Part shown: positions 24,959 through 34,744 of the stretch, one piece after another
How the letters are laid out: every line of letters starts with the position of its first letter
Numbering within the stretch: the stretch's first letter is position 1
Made by a program: the position numbers and the translations under genes
NCBI GenBank assembly: GCA_964551595.1
Contig: CAZKCU010000001.1
Location: 197,321 to 261,320, forward strand
Reading direction: 5' to 3'
Source: an uncultured Candidatus Saccharibacteria bacterium
Lineage (GTDB): Bacteria; Patescibacteriota; Minisyncoccia; Minisyncoccales; CAZKCU01
Length of the DNA stretch: 64,000 bases
Notes under the pieces: generated by a model
Told to the model about the DNA's origin: nothing
Databases searched by the model: none
Seen by the model: only the letters and a program-made list of their open reading frames with translations

Positions 24959-26189
24959 GACTCTAACTCAAAAATTAGAAAAATATAAAAAATTAATTTC
25001 AAAAGAGAATTTTGAAGAAATAATAAATCTCGCCGGACCCCTTAAAGGGCTGAATATAAAAATGATTAATTCCACTCCCAGAGGTGGAGGGGTTGCTGAG
25101 GTTTTGAAAAGCCTCGTTCCCCTAATGAAGGGCGTGGGGATTAAAGTCGAATGGTATACTATTCCGCTGAGAGAGGATTTTTTCAAAATCACTAAAGAAA
25201 TTCATAATGCTATTCAAGGTAATGAATATGCTTTTCCTTTTTGGCACAGAGTAAAATATTTACAACACATGGAAAAAAGTGCCTTTTTAATGCGAGATAT
25301 GAAAGCTGATATTTGGGTAATTCACGACCCTCAACCAGCAGGTTTAATCTTATATTTGCCCCATTTCCATCCCTCAATTTGCCGTCTGCATATTGATTTA
25401 ACTTCTCCTAATCCAGAAGTTTGGAATTTTTTTGCTGGATTTTTAAGAATGTATGATAGACTTATTCTTAGTTCAAAAGAATATATTAAAAAAGAAATAA
25501 AAGAAAAAGCAGCGGTTTTCCCTCCAGCTATTGATCCCTTAATGCCAAAAAATCAATCCTTAGATTTGACTGTGGCGAAAGAGATTCTAAAAAATTATGG
25601 ATTAGATACTTCTCAACCTTTAATTTCTCAAGTTTCAAGATTTGATACTTGGAAAGGTTTTTCGGAAGTAATTGAAGGTTATCAGTTAGCCAAAAAGAAA
25701 ATTCCTGCTTTACAATTAACTTTAGTGGGATTTTTCTTAGCCAGAGACGACCCCGATGCAATGAAGGTTTATAAACTGATTAGAAAAAAGAGTGAAAAAG
25801 ATTCCAATATCTTTCTCTTTTCTGATCCTAATACGTTAGGAAGTTTAAAGGTTGATGATTTTGTTAATGCTATCCAAGTTGCTTCTGAAGTTGTTTTGCA
25901 AAATTCATTTCGGGAAGGTTTTGGATTGTCATTGACAGAGGCAATGTGGAAAGGAAAAGCGGTAATTGGCGGGAGAGCGGGCGGAATCAAACTCCAAATT
26001 CAAAATGGCAAAAATGGGTTTTTAGTTTCCAACTCTAAAGAAGTAGCAAAGAGAATTGTTCAGCTTATTAAAAATCCTGAATTAAGAGAAAAATTAGGAA
26101 CAGTTGCTAAAGAAACGGTCAGGGGAAAATTTTTAATACCTCGACTTTTGAGGGATTATTTAAAACTTTTTAAAGAAGTGTTATCATAA
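24942..26189 (+). CDS. GT4 glycosyltransferase, trehalose glycosyltransferring synthase (TreT)-like
   Basis: 415 aa; N-terminal NSTPRGGGVAEVLKSLVPLM motif typical of TreT; C-terminal GT-B EX7E-like region. Confidence 0.5.
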   Translation: MLPKVKTLTQKLEKYKKLISKENFEEIINLAGPLKGLNIKMINSTPRGGGVAEVLKSLVPLMKGVGIKVEWYTIPLREDFFKITKEIHNAIQGNEYAFPFWHRVKYLQHMEKSAFLMRDMKADIWVIHDPQPAGLILYLPHFHPSICRLHIDLTSPNPEVWNFFAGFLRMYDRLILSSKEYIKKEIKEKAAVFPPAIDPLMPKNQSLDLTVAKEILKNYGLDTSQPLISQVSRFDTWKGFSEVIEGYQLAKKKIPALQLTLVGFFLARDDPDAMKVYKLIRKKSEKDSNIFLFSDPNTLGSLKVDDFVNAIQVASEVVLQNSFREGFGLSLTEAMWKGKAVIGGRAGGIKLQIQNGKNGFLVSNSKEVAKRIVQLIKNPELREKLGTVAKETVRGKFLIPRLLRDYLKLFKEVLS

Positions 26190-26194
26190 AAAAA

Positions 26195-27031
26195 ATGGTA
26201 AATATTATCCCAAAATTAATCGCCTGGTTTTTTGCCCACGGCATAAAGATTTTTATTGTTTTATTGGTTGCTTATTTAATTAACAGAATCGGAGGGAAAA
26301 TTATTGAAAGGATGATTAGAAAGGGAGTGAAAGACACCACTAAAGAGGCAACGGAAAAAAGGAAGAATACTTTAACTGGGGTTTTTGCCGGCGCTTTGAA
26401 AATCGTCGTTTGGTTGATGGCGATAATGATGATTTTGCCTGAATTAGGGATAAACATTGGTCCGATATTAGCTGGAGCCGGAATTTTAGGAGTGGCCTTA
26501 GGATTTGGAGCTCAGTATATGATTAGAGATTTTTTAGCCGGGCTTTTTATCCTTATTGAAAATCAATATAGAAAAGGAGATGTGGTTTGCGCGGACGGAA
26601 CTTGTGGCTTAGTTGAAGATATAACTTTAAGAAAAACTATTTTGCGAGATTTAGATGGCGTTGTTCACCATATTCCTAATGGTGAGATAAAAAAGGCCTC
26701 AAATTTATCCAAAGGCTTTGCCAGAGTAAATTTAAATATCGGAATTTCTTATAAATCCGATTTGGAAAAAGTAATAAAGGTGGTCAATCAAGTTGGTGAA
26801 GAATTAGCTGAAGACCCCGACTGGGCAGATAGCATTATTAAAGCCCCTCAATTTTTAAGAGTTGATAATTTTGGAGATTCAGCAATAATCATAAAGATTT
26901 TAGGAGAGACAAAGCCCCTAAAACAATGGAGCATTACAGGTGAGCTTAGAAAAAGAATTAAAATTGCTTTTGACAAAGAAGGGATAGAAATTCCTTTCCC
27001 TCAAAGAGTAATTCATCAAGTCTCAAAGTAA
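26195..27031 (+). CDS. mscS: small-conductance mechanosensitive channel (MscS family)
   Basis: 278 aa; 3 TM helices followed by MscS beta-domain ENQYRKGDVV...HIPNGEI. Confidence 0.75.
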   Translation: MVNIIPKLIAWFFAHGIKIFIVLLVAYLINRIGGKIIERMIRKGVKDTTKEATEKRKNTLTGVFAGALKIVVWLMAIMMILPELGINIGPILAGAGILGVALGFGAQYMIRDFLAGLFILIENQYRKGDVVCADGTCGLVEDITLRKTILRDLDGVVHHIPNGEIKKASNLSKGFARVNLNIGISYKSDLEKVIKVVNQVGEELAEDPDWADSIIKAPQFLRVDNFGDSAIIIKILGETKPLKQWSITGELRKRIKIAFDKEGIEIPFPQRVIHQVSK

Positions 27032-27054
27032 GACAAGCAAAAGATTAATGTAAA

Positions 27055-27336
27055 ATGACTTCTTTTAAAGAAAAAGTTTTTCAGGTAGTTAAAAAAATTC
27101 CCGTCGGGGAAGTTTTAATTTATAAAACAGTGGCAAAATTAGCAGGCTATCCTCGGGCCTGGCGGGCAGTCGGGAATGTTTTAAATAAATCCGCCAGCTG
27201 GCGAATCAAAATCCCCTGTCATCGCGTCATAAAGTCAAAGGGGAGAATTGGAGGATATAAAAATGGAACCGGAAATAAAATTGCCCTTCTTAAAAAAGAA
27301 GGGCTAAAAATTGAAAGGAAAAAAGTTATTGTTTGA
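27055..27336 (+). CDS. methylated-DNA-protein-cysteine methyltransferase DNA-binding domain protein (Ogt/MGMT C-terminal domain)
   Basis: 93 aa; active-site PCHRV motif and HTH. Confidence 0.6.
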   Translation: MTSFKEKVFQVVKKIPVGEVLIYKTVAKLAGYPRAWRAVGNVLNKSASWRIKIPCHRVIKSKGRIGGYKNGTGNKIALLKKEGLKIERKKVIV

Positions 27337-27673
27337 TTTTCTCAACTATTTTTTCAAAAATTTTGGGATGACTTTGAGCTAAAATAGCTAAGATTTTTCT
27401 ATCTAGCTCAATTTTATTTTTCTTCAAACCTGCAATGAATTTACTATAGGAAATTCCCAGTTGGCGGCAGGCAGCATTAATTTGGACCTGCCAGAGTTTT
27501 CGAAAATCTCTTTTTTTAGCTCTCCTGTCTCGATAGGCATATTTCCAGGCATGCATTAGAGCTTCTTTAGCTGCTCGATATTTTGTCTTTCTTCCCCAGC
27601 GAAAACCTTTGGCATGTTCTAATAAATGCTTTCTTCTTTTGTGAGCAATTTTTCCTCGCTTAACTCTTACCAT
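27326..27673 (-). CDS. rplT: 50S ribosomal protein L20
   Basis: MVRVKRGKIAHKRRKHLLEHAKGFRWGRK canonical L20. Confidence 0.9.
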   Translation of the reverse strand: MVRVKRGKIAHKRRKHLLEHAKGFRWGRKTKYRAAKEALMHAWKYAYRDRRAKKRDFRKLWQVQINAACRQLGISYSKFIAGLKKNKIELDRKILAILAQSHPKIFEKIVEKIKQ

Positions 27674-27709
27674 ACTTTAATTAAATTACGCGGCCGGGTC
27701 GCGTAATTT

Positions 27710-27892
27710 TTACTTTAATAGTTTTTTAATTTTTTTAGCTTCAGCTTTTGAAACCAGAACCAATTTTCGGCTTTTTCTAATTCTTTTCCCGGATTTTTTT
27801 GCTCGACAATGGTTAAGCCCGGTTGGTCTTCTTAAAACCTTGCCGGTTTTCGTAATTTTAAAACGCTTTAATATAGACTTTCTTGTTTTCAT
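27710..27892 (-). CDS. rpmI: 50S ribosomal protein L35
   Basis: 60 aa basic protein MKTRKSILKRFKITKTGKV. Confidence 0.85.
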   Translation of the reverse strand: MKTRKSILKRFKITKTGKVLRRPTGLNHCRAKKSGKRIRKSRKLVLVSKAEAKKIKKLLK

Positions 27893-28344
27893 TGTTTTGA
27901 AATTATTACTATAAAACCTCTCGACTCTCTTTTTAATCCCCGCTCAATTTTTATTGGTAAAATCCCTTCTAAAATTCTAAGAAATTGGTTAATTTTCTCT
28001 CTGGCAAAGTCAGGAAGGGCTTTTTGCCGGCCCCTTAAGATTAATTCCACTCTGACTTTGTGCCCTTTTTTTAAAAATTTTTCTGCCAACTTTGCTCTGA
28101 CTTCTAAATCATGTTGGGAAATTCCAAACCCTAATCTTATTCCTTTTAACTCACCCGAACTTTTTGGAGTTAGCTTTTCTTTCTTTTTTTCCTGATAAAG
28201 ATACTTCCCGTAATCCATTATCTTACAGACTGGCGGCATTACCTTCTCGGTGACTTGAATTAAATCTAAATTACGCTCCCTGGCTATCTGGAGCGCTTTT
28301 TCAATTGCCAAAATTCCCAGCTGTTTTCCGGTCTTGTCAATCAC
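27889..28344 (-). CDS. infC: translation initiation factor IF-3
   Basis: 151 aa; IF3 N- and C-domains; operon infC-rpmI-rplT. Confidence 0.85.
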   Translation of the reverse strand: MIDKTGKQLGILAIEKALQIARERNLDLIQVTEKVMPPVCKIMDYGKYLYQEKKKEKLTPKSSGELKGIRLGFGISQHDLEVRAKLAEKFLKKGHKVRVELILRGRQKALPDFAREKINQFLRILEGILPIKIERGLKRESRGFIVIISKQ

Positions 28345-28412
28345 CCTGACCTGAGGAGCCCTTATTCGGTTATTGACTAATGGTCTTTTAAAAATAGAAT
28401 TTTTTAACTTTT

Positions 28413-28773
28413 TTGTGGAGATGGGGAGACGTGAACTCCCGTCTGAAAGTCCTTTTAAAATATTTCTACAGGTTTTTTCTGCTTTAGTTTTGGAATGCTG
28501 GATATAAAGCAGAAAAAAATTCCAGCATCATAGCCCCTATCTTTTGATAGAACCTTTGAGGCAAAAAGAACTATCTATCTCGATGATATAACACCTGATT
28601 TCACCTATCGAGAATCAGTGATCAGATGGCTCACGGGTTTATGCGTAAGCAGGAGCAAGCTTTGGGCTTGCAAATAAGTTGGCACTTATTATCTTACTAG
28701 AAGTTTTATGAGTTTCTAGTAAACTCAACCTGCATAGTTTAAAAGTTTCTTTCATCAATCCTTTTTCATCCCC
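28413..28773 (-). ncRNA. ssrA: tmRNA (ssrA) candidate, ~361 nt, adjacent to smpB
   Basis: 5' GGGGAUG pairs with 3' CAUCUCC including a G3-U70 wobble (tRNA-Ala identity); T-arm GGGAG-UUCACGU-CUCCC; discriminator A then genomic CAA; putative resume codon GCC at nt 91 and tag ANLFASPKLAPAYA ending at UAA nt 133-135; 5' end overlaps smpB stop. Confidence 0.55.
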
Positions 28774-29224
28774 TTATTTTTAATTGTTTTTCTATTTCTC
28801 GTTCTACTTCTCTTTTTTTAATTAATTCTCTTTTATCAGCTTTTTTCTTTCCTTTTGCTATTCCGAACTCTAACTTTATTTTCCTATTTTTAGTATATAA
28901 CCTAAGGGGTATTAAAGTCAAGCCTTTTTGTATTGTTTTACCAATTAGATATTTAATTTCTGATTTTTTAAGAAGAAGTTTTCGTGTTCTTTCTGGATTA
29001 TAGTCTTTTGGCGCATTTTTTGGCTGATAAGGAGGAATATTAAGCCCAATCCAAAAAACTTCCTCTTCCTTTAAAACCACATACGAACCTGCCAAACTTG
29101 CTCCCCTTGTTTTTATTGATTTCACTTCCTGGCCAATCAAAGAAATTCCTGCCTTAAATTTCTTCAGGATTTCATAATTAAAATAAGCCTTTCTGTTTTT
29201 GGCCAATACCTTCACCTCTTTCAT
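28766..29224 (-). CDS. smpB: SsrA-binding protein SmpB
   Basis: 152 aa; KNRKAYFNYEI...GQEVKS canonical SmpB. Confidence 0.85.
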   Translation of the reverse strand: MKEVKVLAKNRKAYFNYEILKKFKAGISLIGQEVKSIKTRGASLAGSYVVLKEEEVFWIGLNIPPYQPKNAPKDYNPERTRKLLLKKSEIKYLIGKTIQKGLTLIPLRLYTKNRKIKLEFGIAKGKKKADKRELIKKREVEREIEKQLKIRG

Positions 29225-29253
29225 TTTAGCAAAAATATGCTAAATTAGAAGTA

Positions 29254-30897
29254 ATGATTCGTCAAGAAATAGCTAAATTGATAGAGAAGTCAATAAAAAA
29301 ACTCCAAAAAGAGAAGGCTTTGCCTCAATTTGAAATTCCCGAGATTAAGATTGAACATCCGGAGGAGAAAATTCACGGTGATTATGCTACAAACATTGCG
29401 ATGGTAATTGCGAAAATTGTAGAAAAAAATCCCTTAGAGATTGCCAATATTTTAGGTTCTAGTTTAAAGGTTTTAGGTTCTAGTTTATTTGAAAAAGTCA
29501 AAATAGCAAAGCCAGGGTTTATTAATTTTTTTCTTTCAAAAGAATATTTACAACAAAGAATTGGAGAAATTTTAAAGAAGGGAGAGAAATTTGGTGAACT
29601 AAATATTGGTAAAGGAAAGAAGGTTCAGGTAGAATTTATTTCGGCAAATCCAACAGGTCCTTTAACTGTCGGCAATGCTCGGGGTGGTCCTTTTGGTGAT
29701 GTTTTGGGAAATGTTCTGAAAAAAGCGGGATTTAAAGTAGAGAAAGCTTATTATATCAACGATTACGGGATGCAAATTTTGGCTCTCGGACATTCGATTT
29801 TGAAAGATAGCGAAGCGAAATACAAGGGTAAATATATTGATGAACTTGCCAAAAGAATCAAAGAAAAAGAGGCCTATAAGGCAGGTAAGCTCGCAGCCAA
29901 AATTGTTATTGATGAGATGATTAAGAAAACAACCGACAGAATGGGAATTAACTATGACGAGTGGTTTCCAGAAAACACTCTTCACGAGAGTGGCCAAGTT
30001 AATAAAGTTTTGAAGATTTTGGAGCAGACTACAACCCTCCCATCACATCCTCCCGCCAAAGGCGGGCTCCTAAATTTAATTTATCAAAAAGAAGGAGCTC
30101 TGTGGTTTAAATCATCAAGATATGGCGATGAGAGGGATAGAGTCGTAGTCAAAGCGGATGGAGATAAGACTTATTTGGCAGGTGACGTCGCCTATCACCA
30201 CTATAAATTTGAGAAGAAGAAATTTGACAAGGTAATAGACGTTTGGGGAGCTGACCATGCTGGTGATGTAGTAGGTCTTCAGGCAGGAGTGGAAGCCTTA
30301 GGTCACAAAGGAAAACTTGATATTTTATTGCTTCAGTTTGTAACTATACTTGAAAAAGGGGAAAAGCTGAAAATTTCAAAAAGGAGAGGAACTTTTGTTA
30401 CTATGGATGAATTACTTGATGAGGTAGGAGTTGATATTGCTAGATTCTTTTTTCTTCAAAAATCAGCCAATACCCATTTAAATTTCGACCTCGCCCTGGC
30501 TAAAAAGCAGTCAGAGAAAAACCCGGTTTACTACGTACAATATGCTCATGCCAGAATATGTAGTATTTTGCGTAAAGCTGTTGATGTTAAACATCAACAA
30601 GGTTCTTCTCGGCAGGCCTTTAAACTATTAAATCATCCAAATGAACTAGAGCTTATTAAACAGCTGGTTAGGTTTCCAGAAATTATTGAAGATATAGTTA
30701 AAGATTATCAAGTCCAGAGAATTCCCCAATATGCTATGGATTTAGCTACAGTTTTCCACCAGTTTTATCGAGACTGCCACGTGATTACCGAAGATAAAGA
30801 ATTAGCCGGAGCAAGACTATCTTTGGTCTTAGCCACTAAAACCGTATTGAAAAACACTTTAGATTTAATGGGAATTTCTGCCCCTGAAAAAATGTAA
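29254..30897 (+). CDS. argS: arginyl-tRNA synthetase
   Basis: 547 aa; class I catalytic core, DALR anticodon-binding domain at C-terminus. Confidence 0.85.
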   Translation: MIRQEIAKLIEKSIKKLQKEKALPQFEIPEIKIEHPEEKIHGDYATNIAMVIAKIVEKNPLEIANILGSSLKVLGSSLFEKVKIAKPGFINFFLSKEYLQQRIGEILKKGEKFGELNIGKGKKVQVEFISANPTGPLTVGNARGGPFGDVLGNVLKKAGFKVEKAYYINDYGMQILALGHSILKDSEAKYKGKYIDELAKRIKEKEAYKAGKLAAKIVIDEMIKKTTDRMGINYDEWFPENTLHESGQVNKVLKILEQTTTLPSHPPAKGGLLNLIYQKEGALWFKSSRYGDERDRVVVKADGDKTYLAGDVAYHHYKFEKKKFDKVIDVWGADHAGDVVGLQAGVEALGHKGKLDILLLQFVTILEKGEKLKISKRRGTFVTMDELLDEVGVDIARFFFLQKSANTHLNFDLALAKKQSEKNPVYYVQYAHARICSILRKAVDVKHQQGSSRQAFKLLNHPNELELIKQLVRFPEIIEDIVKDYQVQRIPQYAMDLATVFHQFYRDCHVITEDKELAGARLSLVLATKTVLKNTLDLMGISAPEKM

Positions 30898-30899
30898 TT

Positions 30900-31466
30900 A
30901 TGCAAAATATTTATTTCATTTTGCGGCATGGTAATCCAGCCTGGAAATATCTGGATATAATTTATCCGGCAGACGAGATGTTTTCTGTGGGATTAAGCCG
31001 GCAGGGAAGAGAACAAATTAGAACCATTACCAAAGACCTGAAAAAACAAAGAATCGATTTGATTCTTTCTTCAGATTATCGGCGCACCAAAGAAACTGCT
31101 CAGATCATTGCCAAATCCCTTGACCTCAAAGTGAGTTACGACAAAAGACTACAAGATCAGAAACGAGGAGCTTATTGTGGTCGTCCCATAGCTGACTTTT
31201 ATCAGGATTTTCCTGATCCGAAAAAAAGATTTAGGATAAAGCCACAAGGTGGAGAGAGCTGGAACGATGTTAGAAGAAGGGTTGTCGATTTTTTGAGAGA
31301 TACAGAAAAGAAATACAAAAACAAAAAAATCTTAATTGTTAGCCATGGCGCCCCTTTATGGTTTTTGGAAGGAGCAGTAAAGGGCTTGGATAATGAGCAA
31401 CTTTTAGAGCAAAAGTTAAACAATACTGGCATAGAGGTTGGCGAACTAAGAAAACTATGTCCATAG
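30900..31466 (+). CDS. histidine phosphatase family protein (phosphoglycerate mutase-like)
   Basis: LRHGNPAW catalytic RHG motif; downstream VSHGAP. Confidence 0.65.
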   Translation: MQNIYFILRHGNPAWKYLDIIYPADEMFSVGLSRQGREQIRTITKDLKKQRIDLILSSDYRRTKETAQIIAKSLDLKVSYDKRLQDQKRGAYCGRPIADFYQDFPDPKKRFRIKPQGGESWNDVRRRVVDFLRDTEKKYKNKKILIVSHGAPLWFLEGAVKGLDNEQLLEQKLNNTGIEVGELRKLCP

Positions 31467-34336
31467 ATTTTTCTAAAATTGAGAAAAAAATCCTAAAATT
31501 TTGGAAAGAGAACAAGATTTTTGAAAAATTACGCCAGAAAAATCAGGGCAAAAAACGCTGGTCATTTTTAGATGGCCCGATTACTGCCAACAATCCTATG
31601 GGAGTTCATCATGCCTGGGGAAGAACCTACAAAGACCTTTTTCAAAGATATAAAGCAATGCAGGGTTTTTGCCAGAGATTTCAAAACGGCTTTGATTGTC
31701 AGGGCTTGTGGGTTGAAGTAGAAGTTGAGAAAGAGCTCGGCTTCCGCAATAAAAAAGATATAGAGAAATACGGCATAGAGAAGTTTGTCAAAAAATGCAA
31801 AGAGAGAGTTGAGAAATATTCGAAAATTCAAACAGAACAGTCAATTAGGCTCGGTCAATGGATGGACTGGCAAAATTCTTATTATACGATGTCTGATGAG
31901 AATAACTATGCTATTTGGCATTTCCTAAAAAAATGCCACAAAGACGGATTTTTATATAAAGGCAGAGATGTAGTTCCATGGTGTCCTCGGTGTGGAACGG
32001 CCATTTCTCAGCATGAAATTTTAACAGAAGAGTATAAAGAATTAACTCACAAATCAATATTTTTCAAGCTACCAGTCCAAAACCTAAAGAAAACTTATTT
32101 TCTTGTCTGGACAACTACTCCCTGGACATTACCTGGTAATGTCGCAATAGCTGTTCATCCTGATTTTGATTATGTAAAAGTAAAAGACAAAAAAGGCAAC
32201 ATTTTTATTTTACTTAAAGAAAAATCTTATTTCATTAAAGATGGAGAAATAATAGAGAAATTTAAGGGCAAGAAATTGAAGGGGTTTAAATACGAAGGGT
32301 TGTTTGACAAATTACCGTTTGTAAAAGAAACCTTAGGTAGCTACAAGCACTCTGTAATTTTGTGGAAGGAGGTAACCCAGGAAGAAGGAACGGGCATTGT
32401 TCATGTGGCGCCCGGCTGTGGTCAAGAGGACTTTCAATTGGCTAAAGAATTTAAACTATCTGTCATTGATTTAACCAATGATGAAAGCAACTATCTAAAG
32501 GGCCTTGGAGAACTGAGTGGCAAGTTTGTTGGCGGAGAAGAAGTAAGAGAATTGATTTTTGAAGATTTAAACCAGAAGGATAGGGTTTTTAAAATTGAGG
32601 ATTACCAACATCGCTATCCAATTTGCTGGCGCTGCCAGTCAGAATTGATTTTCCGTTTGGTTGATGAATGGTATATTTCAATGGCAAAGTTAAGGGAGAA
32701 ACTGATGAAAATTGCCAAAAAAATAAAATGGATTCCTTCCTTTGGTCTGGACAGGGAATTGGATTGGTTAAAAAATATGCAAGATTGGTTAATTTCTAAA
32801 AAACGTTATTGGGGATTAGCTTTACCGATTTATGAATGCCCAGACTGTGGAAACTTTGAGGTAATCGGTTCAAAAAAAGAATTAAAAGAAAAAGCGGTTA
32901 AAGGTTGGCAAGAACTTGAAGGCCATTCTCCTCACCGACCCTGGATAGATAAAGTAAAGATTAAATGTTCCAAATGTGGCAAAATAGTTTCTCGAATTTC
33001 CGATGTTGGTAATCCTTGGCTAGATGCCGGAATTGTGCCTTTTTCTACTATGAAGTATTTTTCTGACCGGGACTTTTGGCAGAAATGGTTTCCGTCTGAA
33101 TTCGTTTGCGAATCTTTCCCGGGTCAATTCAAAAATTGGTTTTATTCCCTTATTGTAATGAGTACTGTATTAGAGGAAGTTGCTCCAGTGAAGACAATCT
33201 TTGGCTACGCAACAGTAGTCGATGAAAAGGGCGAAGAAATGCATAAATCCAAAGGAAATGTTATTTGGTTTGATGAGGCAGTTGAAAAGATAGGGGCTGA
33301 TGTGATGCGTTGGATGTATGTTAAACAAAATCCAGTCTATAATCTAAGGTTTGGCTACAAAATTGCCAAAGAAACCCAAAGAAAACTTTTAACATTATGG
33401 AATAGCTACACCTTTTTTGAGACATATGTCTCAAAAAAGGAAATCCCAAAGCCCAAATCCCAAATCCCAAAACCCAAAAATGTTTTAGATAAATGGATTG
33501 TTTCGCGGCTAAACAGATTAATTGGAGCCGTTATTAAATCTTTAGAAAATTTTGATGCTGCCGGGGCAAGTTCGGCCATTGAGAATTTTTTCATTAATGA
33601 TTTATCTCTTTGGTATATCAGAAGGTCAAGAAAGAGATTTCAGAACCCAAGCAGTCAGAAAGAAAAAGATGAGGCAGTCAGTACTCTTTACTTTGTTCTT
33701 TTAATCCTATCAAAAATGATTGCGCCAATGATGCCGTTCTTTAGTGAAGAAATTTATTTGAATTTAAAAACAAAAAATATGCCTCAATCCGTTCATCTTT
33801 GCGACTGGCCAAAATATTGTGAAAAAGCAATTGACGATAATTTAGAGGAGAAAATGACAAAGGTTCGGGAGATTGTAAATAAGGTTTTAGCTAAAAGAAC
33901 TGAACTTGGAATTAAAGTGAGGCAGCCCTTACGGGGATTAAGAATTGCGAATTATAAATTACGAAGGGAGAAAGAATTACTGGAGTTGATTAAGGACGAG
34001 GTAAATGTAAAAGAAATTACTTTTGGCAAAACATTAAAATTGGATACAAAGATTAGCGAGGAGTTAAAAGAAGAGGGGCAGGTTCGAGAATTTATCCGAC
34101 AGGTTCAGCAACTGCGAAAAAATGCCAAACTTACCCCCAAAGACAAAATTATTATTTATTGTGAGTGCCCAGAGAAATTGAAAAAAGTTTTAGAAAAAAA
34201 TAAAAAAGACATTTTAGCAGAAACCAAAGCCAAAGATTTTCTTTTTGGTAAAAAACCAAAGAAAGTTTTCGACACTGAAAAAGATTTAAAGGTCGACCAA
34301 ACAAAATTATGGTTAGCAATCAACCGAAGCACATAA
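31457..34336 (+). CDS. ileS: isoleucyl-tRNA synthetase
   Basis: 959 aa; HMGH-type and KMSKS motifs, CP1 editing domain, zinc-binding C-terminus; contains in-frame palindrome+short tandem repeat at 33414-33480. Confidence 0.9.
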   Translation: MSIDFSKIEKKILKFWKENKIFEKLRQKNQGKKRWSFLDGPITANNPMGVHHAWGRTYKDLFQRYKAMQGFCQRFQNGFDCQGLWVEVEVEKELGFRNKKDIEKYGIEKFVKKCKERVEKYSKIQTEQSIRLGQWMDWQNSYYTMSDENNYAIWHFLKKCHKDGFLYKGRDVVPWCPRCGTAISQHEILTEEYKELTHKSIFFKLPVQNLKKTYFLVWTTTPWTLPGNVAIAVHPDFDYVKVKDKKGNIFILLKEKSYFIKDGEIIEKFKGKKLKGFKYEGLFDKLPFVKETLGSYKHSVILWKEVTQEEGTGIVHVAPGCGQEDFQLAKEFKLSVIDLTNDESNYLKGLGELSGKFVGGEEVRELIFEDLNQKDRVFKIEDYQHRYPICWRCQSELIFRLVDEWYISMAKLREKLMKIAKKIKWIPSFGLDRELDWLKNMQDWLISKKRYWGLALPIYECPDCGNFEVIGSKKELKEKAVKGWQELEGHSPHRPWIDKVKIKCSKCGKIVSRISDVGNPWLDAGIVPFSTMKYFSDRDFWQKWFPSEFVCESFPGQFKNWFYSLIVMSTVLEEVAPVKTIFGYATVVDEKGEEMHKSKGNVIWFDEAVEKIGADVMRWMYVKQNPVYNLRFGYKIAKETQRKLLTLWNSYTFFETYVSKKEIPKPKSQIPKPKNVLDKWIVSRLNRLIGAVIKSLENFDAAGASSAIENFFINDLSLWYIRRSRKRFQNPSSQKEKDEAVSTLYFVLLILSKMIAPMMPFFSEEIYLNLKTKNMPQSVHLCDWPKYCEKAIDDNLEEKMTKVREIVNKVLAKRTELGIKVRQPLRGLRIANYKLRREKELLELIKDEVNVKEITFGKTLKLDTKISEELKEEGQVREFIRQVQQLRKNAKLTPKDKIIIYCECPEKLKKVLEKNKKDILAETKAKDFLFGKKPKKVFDTEKDLKVDQTKLWLAINRST

Positions 34337-34345
34337 TCTTGTTAT

Positions 34346-34738
34346 GTGCTCGGTAAAAATATGGCAATTTTTGATATTAAAAAAATTTTTGGTGGAGGGA
34401 TAAAAGAAAGACCAGAAAAGAAGATAGAAAAAGCCCCTGTCCCCATTAAAGAGGCGAAGAAAGATACTTCAATATTCGGAGGGAAGTCTTATATGCGTCG
34501 GAGCAGTTTTATGTATCGATTAACAAACCCCGAGCTTTATAGAAACACCAGTTTGGGAGAAAAAGACAGGACCAGATTAGGAGAAAAGCTTTTCGGCCAC
34601 GGCAGTTCTGTAAAGAAAAAAGACGTGGAGAAGGCAGAAAGACAATTAGATTTGGGGGAATGGGGCGAATTTAAAGGTTTATCCCATGAAGATAAAGAGA
34701 AAGCAAAAAGGTTGACAAAGGGAATTCTGGGGAAATAA
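34346..34738 (+). CDS. hypothetical protein (130 aa, charged)
   Basis: ORF only; no recognisable motif. Confidence 0.3.
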   Translation: MLGKNMAIFDIKKIFGGGIKERPEKKIEKAPVPIKEAKKDTSIFGGKSYMRRSSFMYRLTNPELYRNTSLGEKDRTRLGEKLFGHGSSVKKKDVEKAERQLDLGEWGEFKGLSHEDKEKAKRLTKGILGK

Positions 34739-34744
34739 TTTAAG

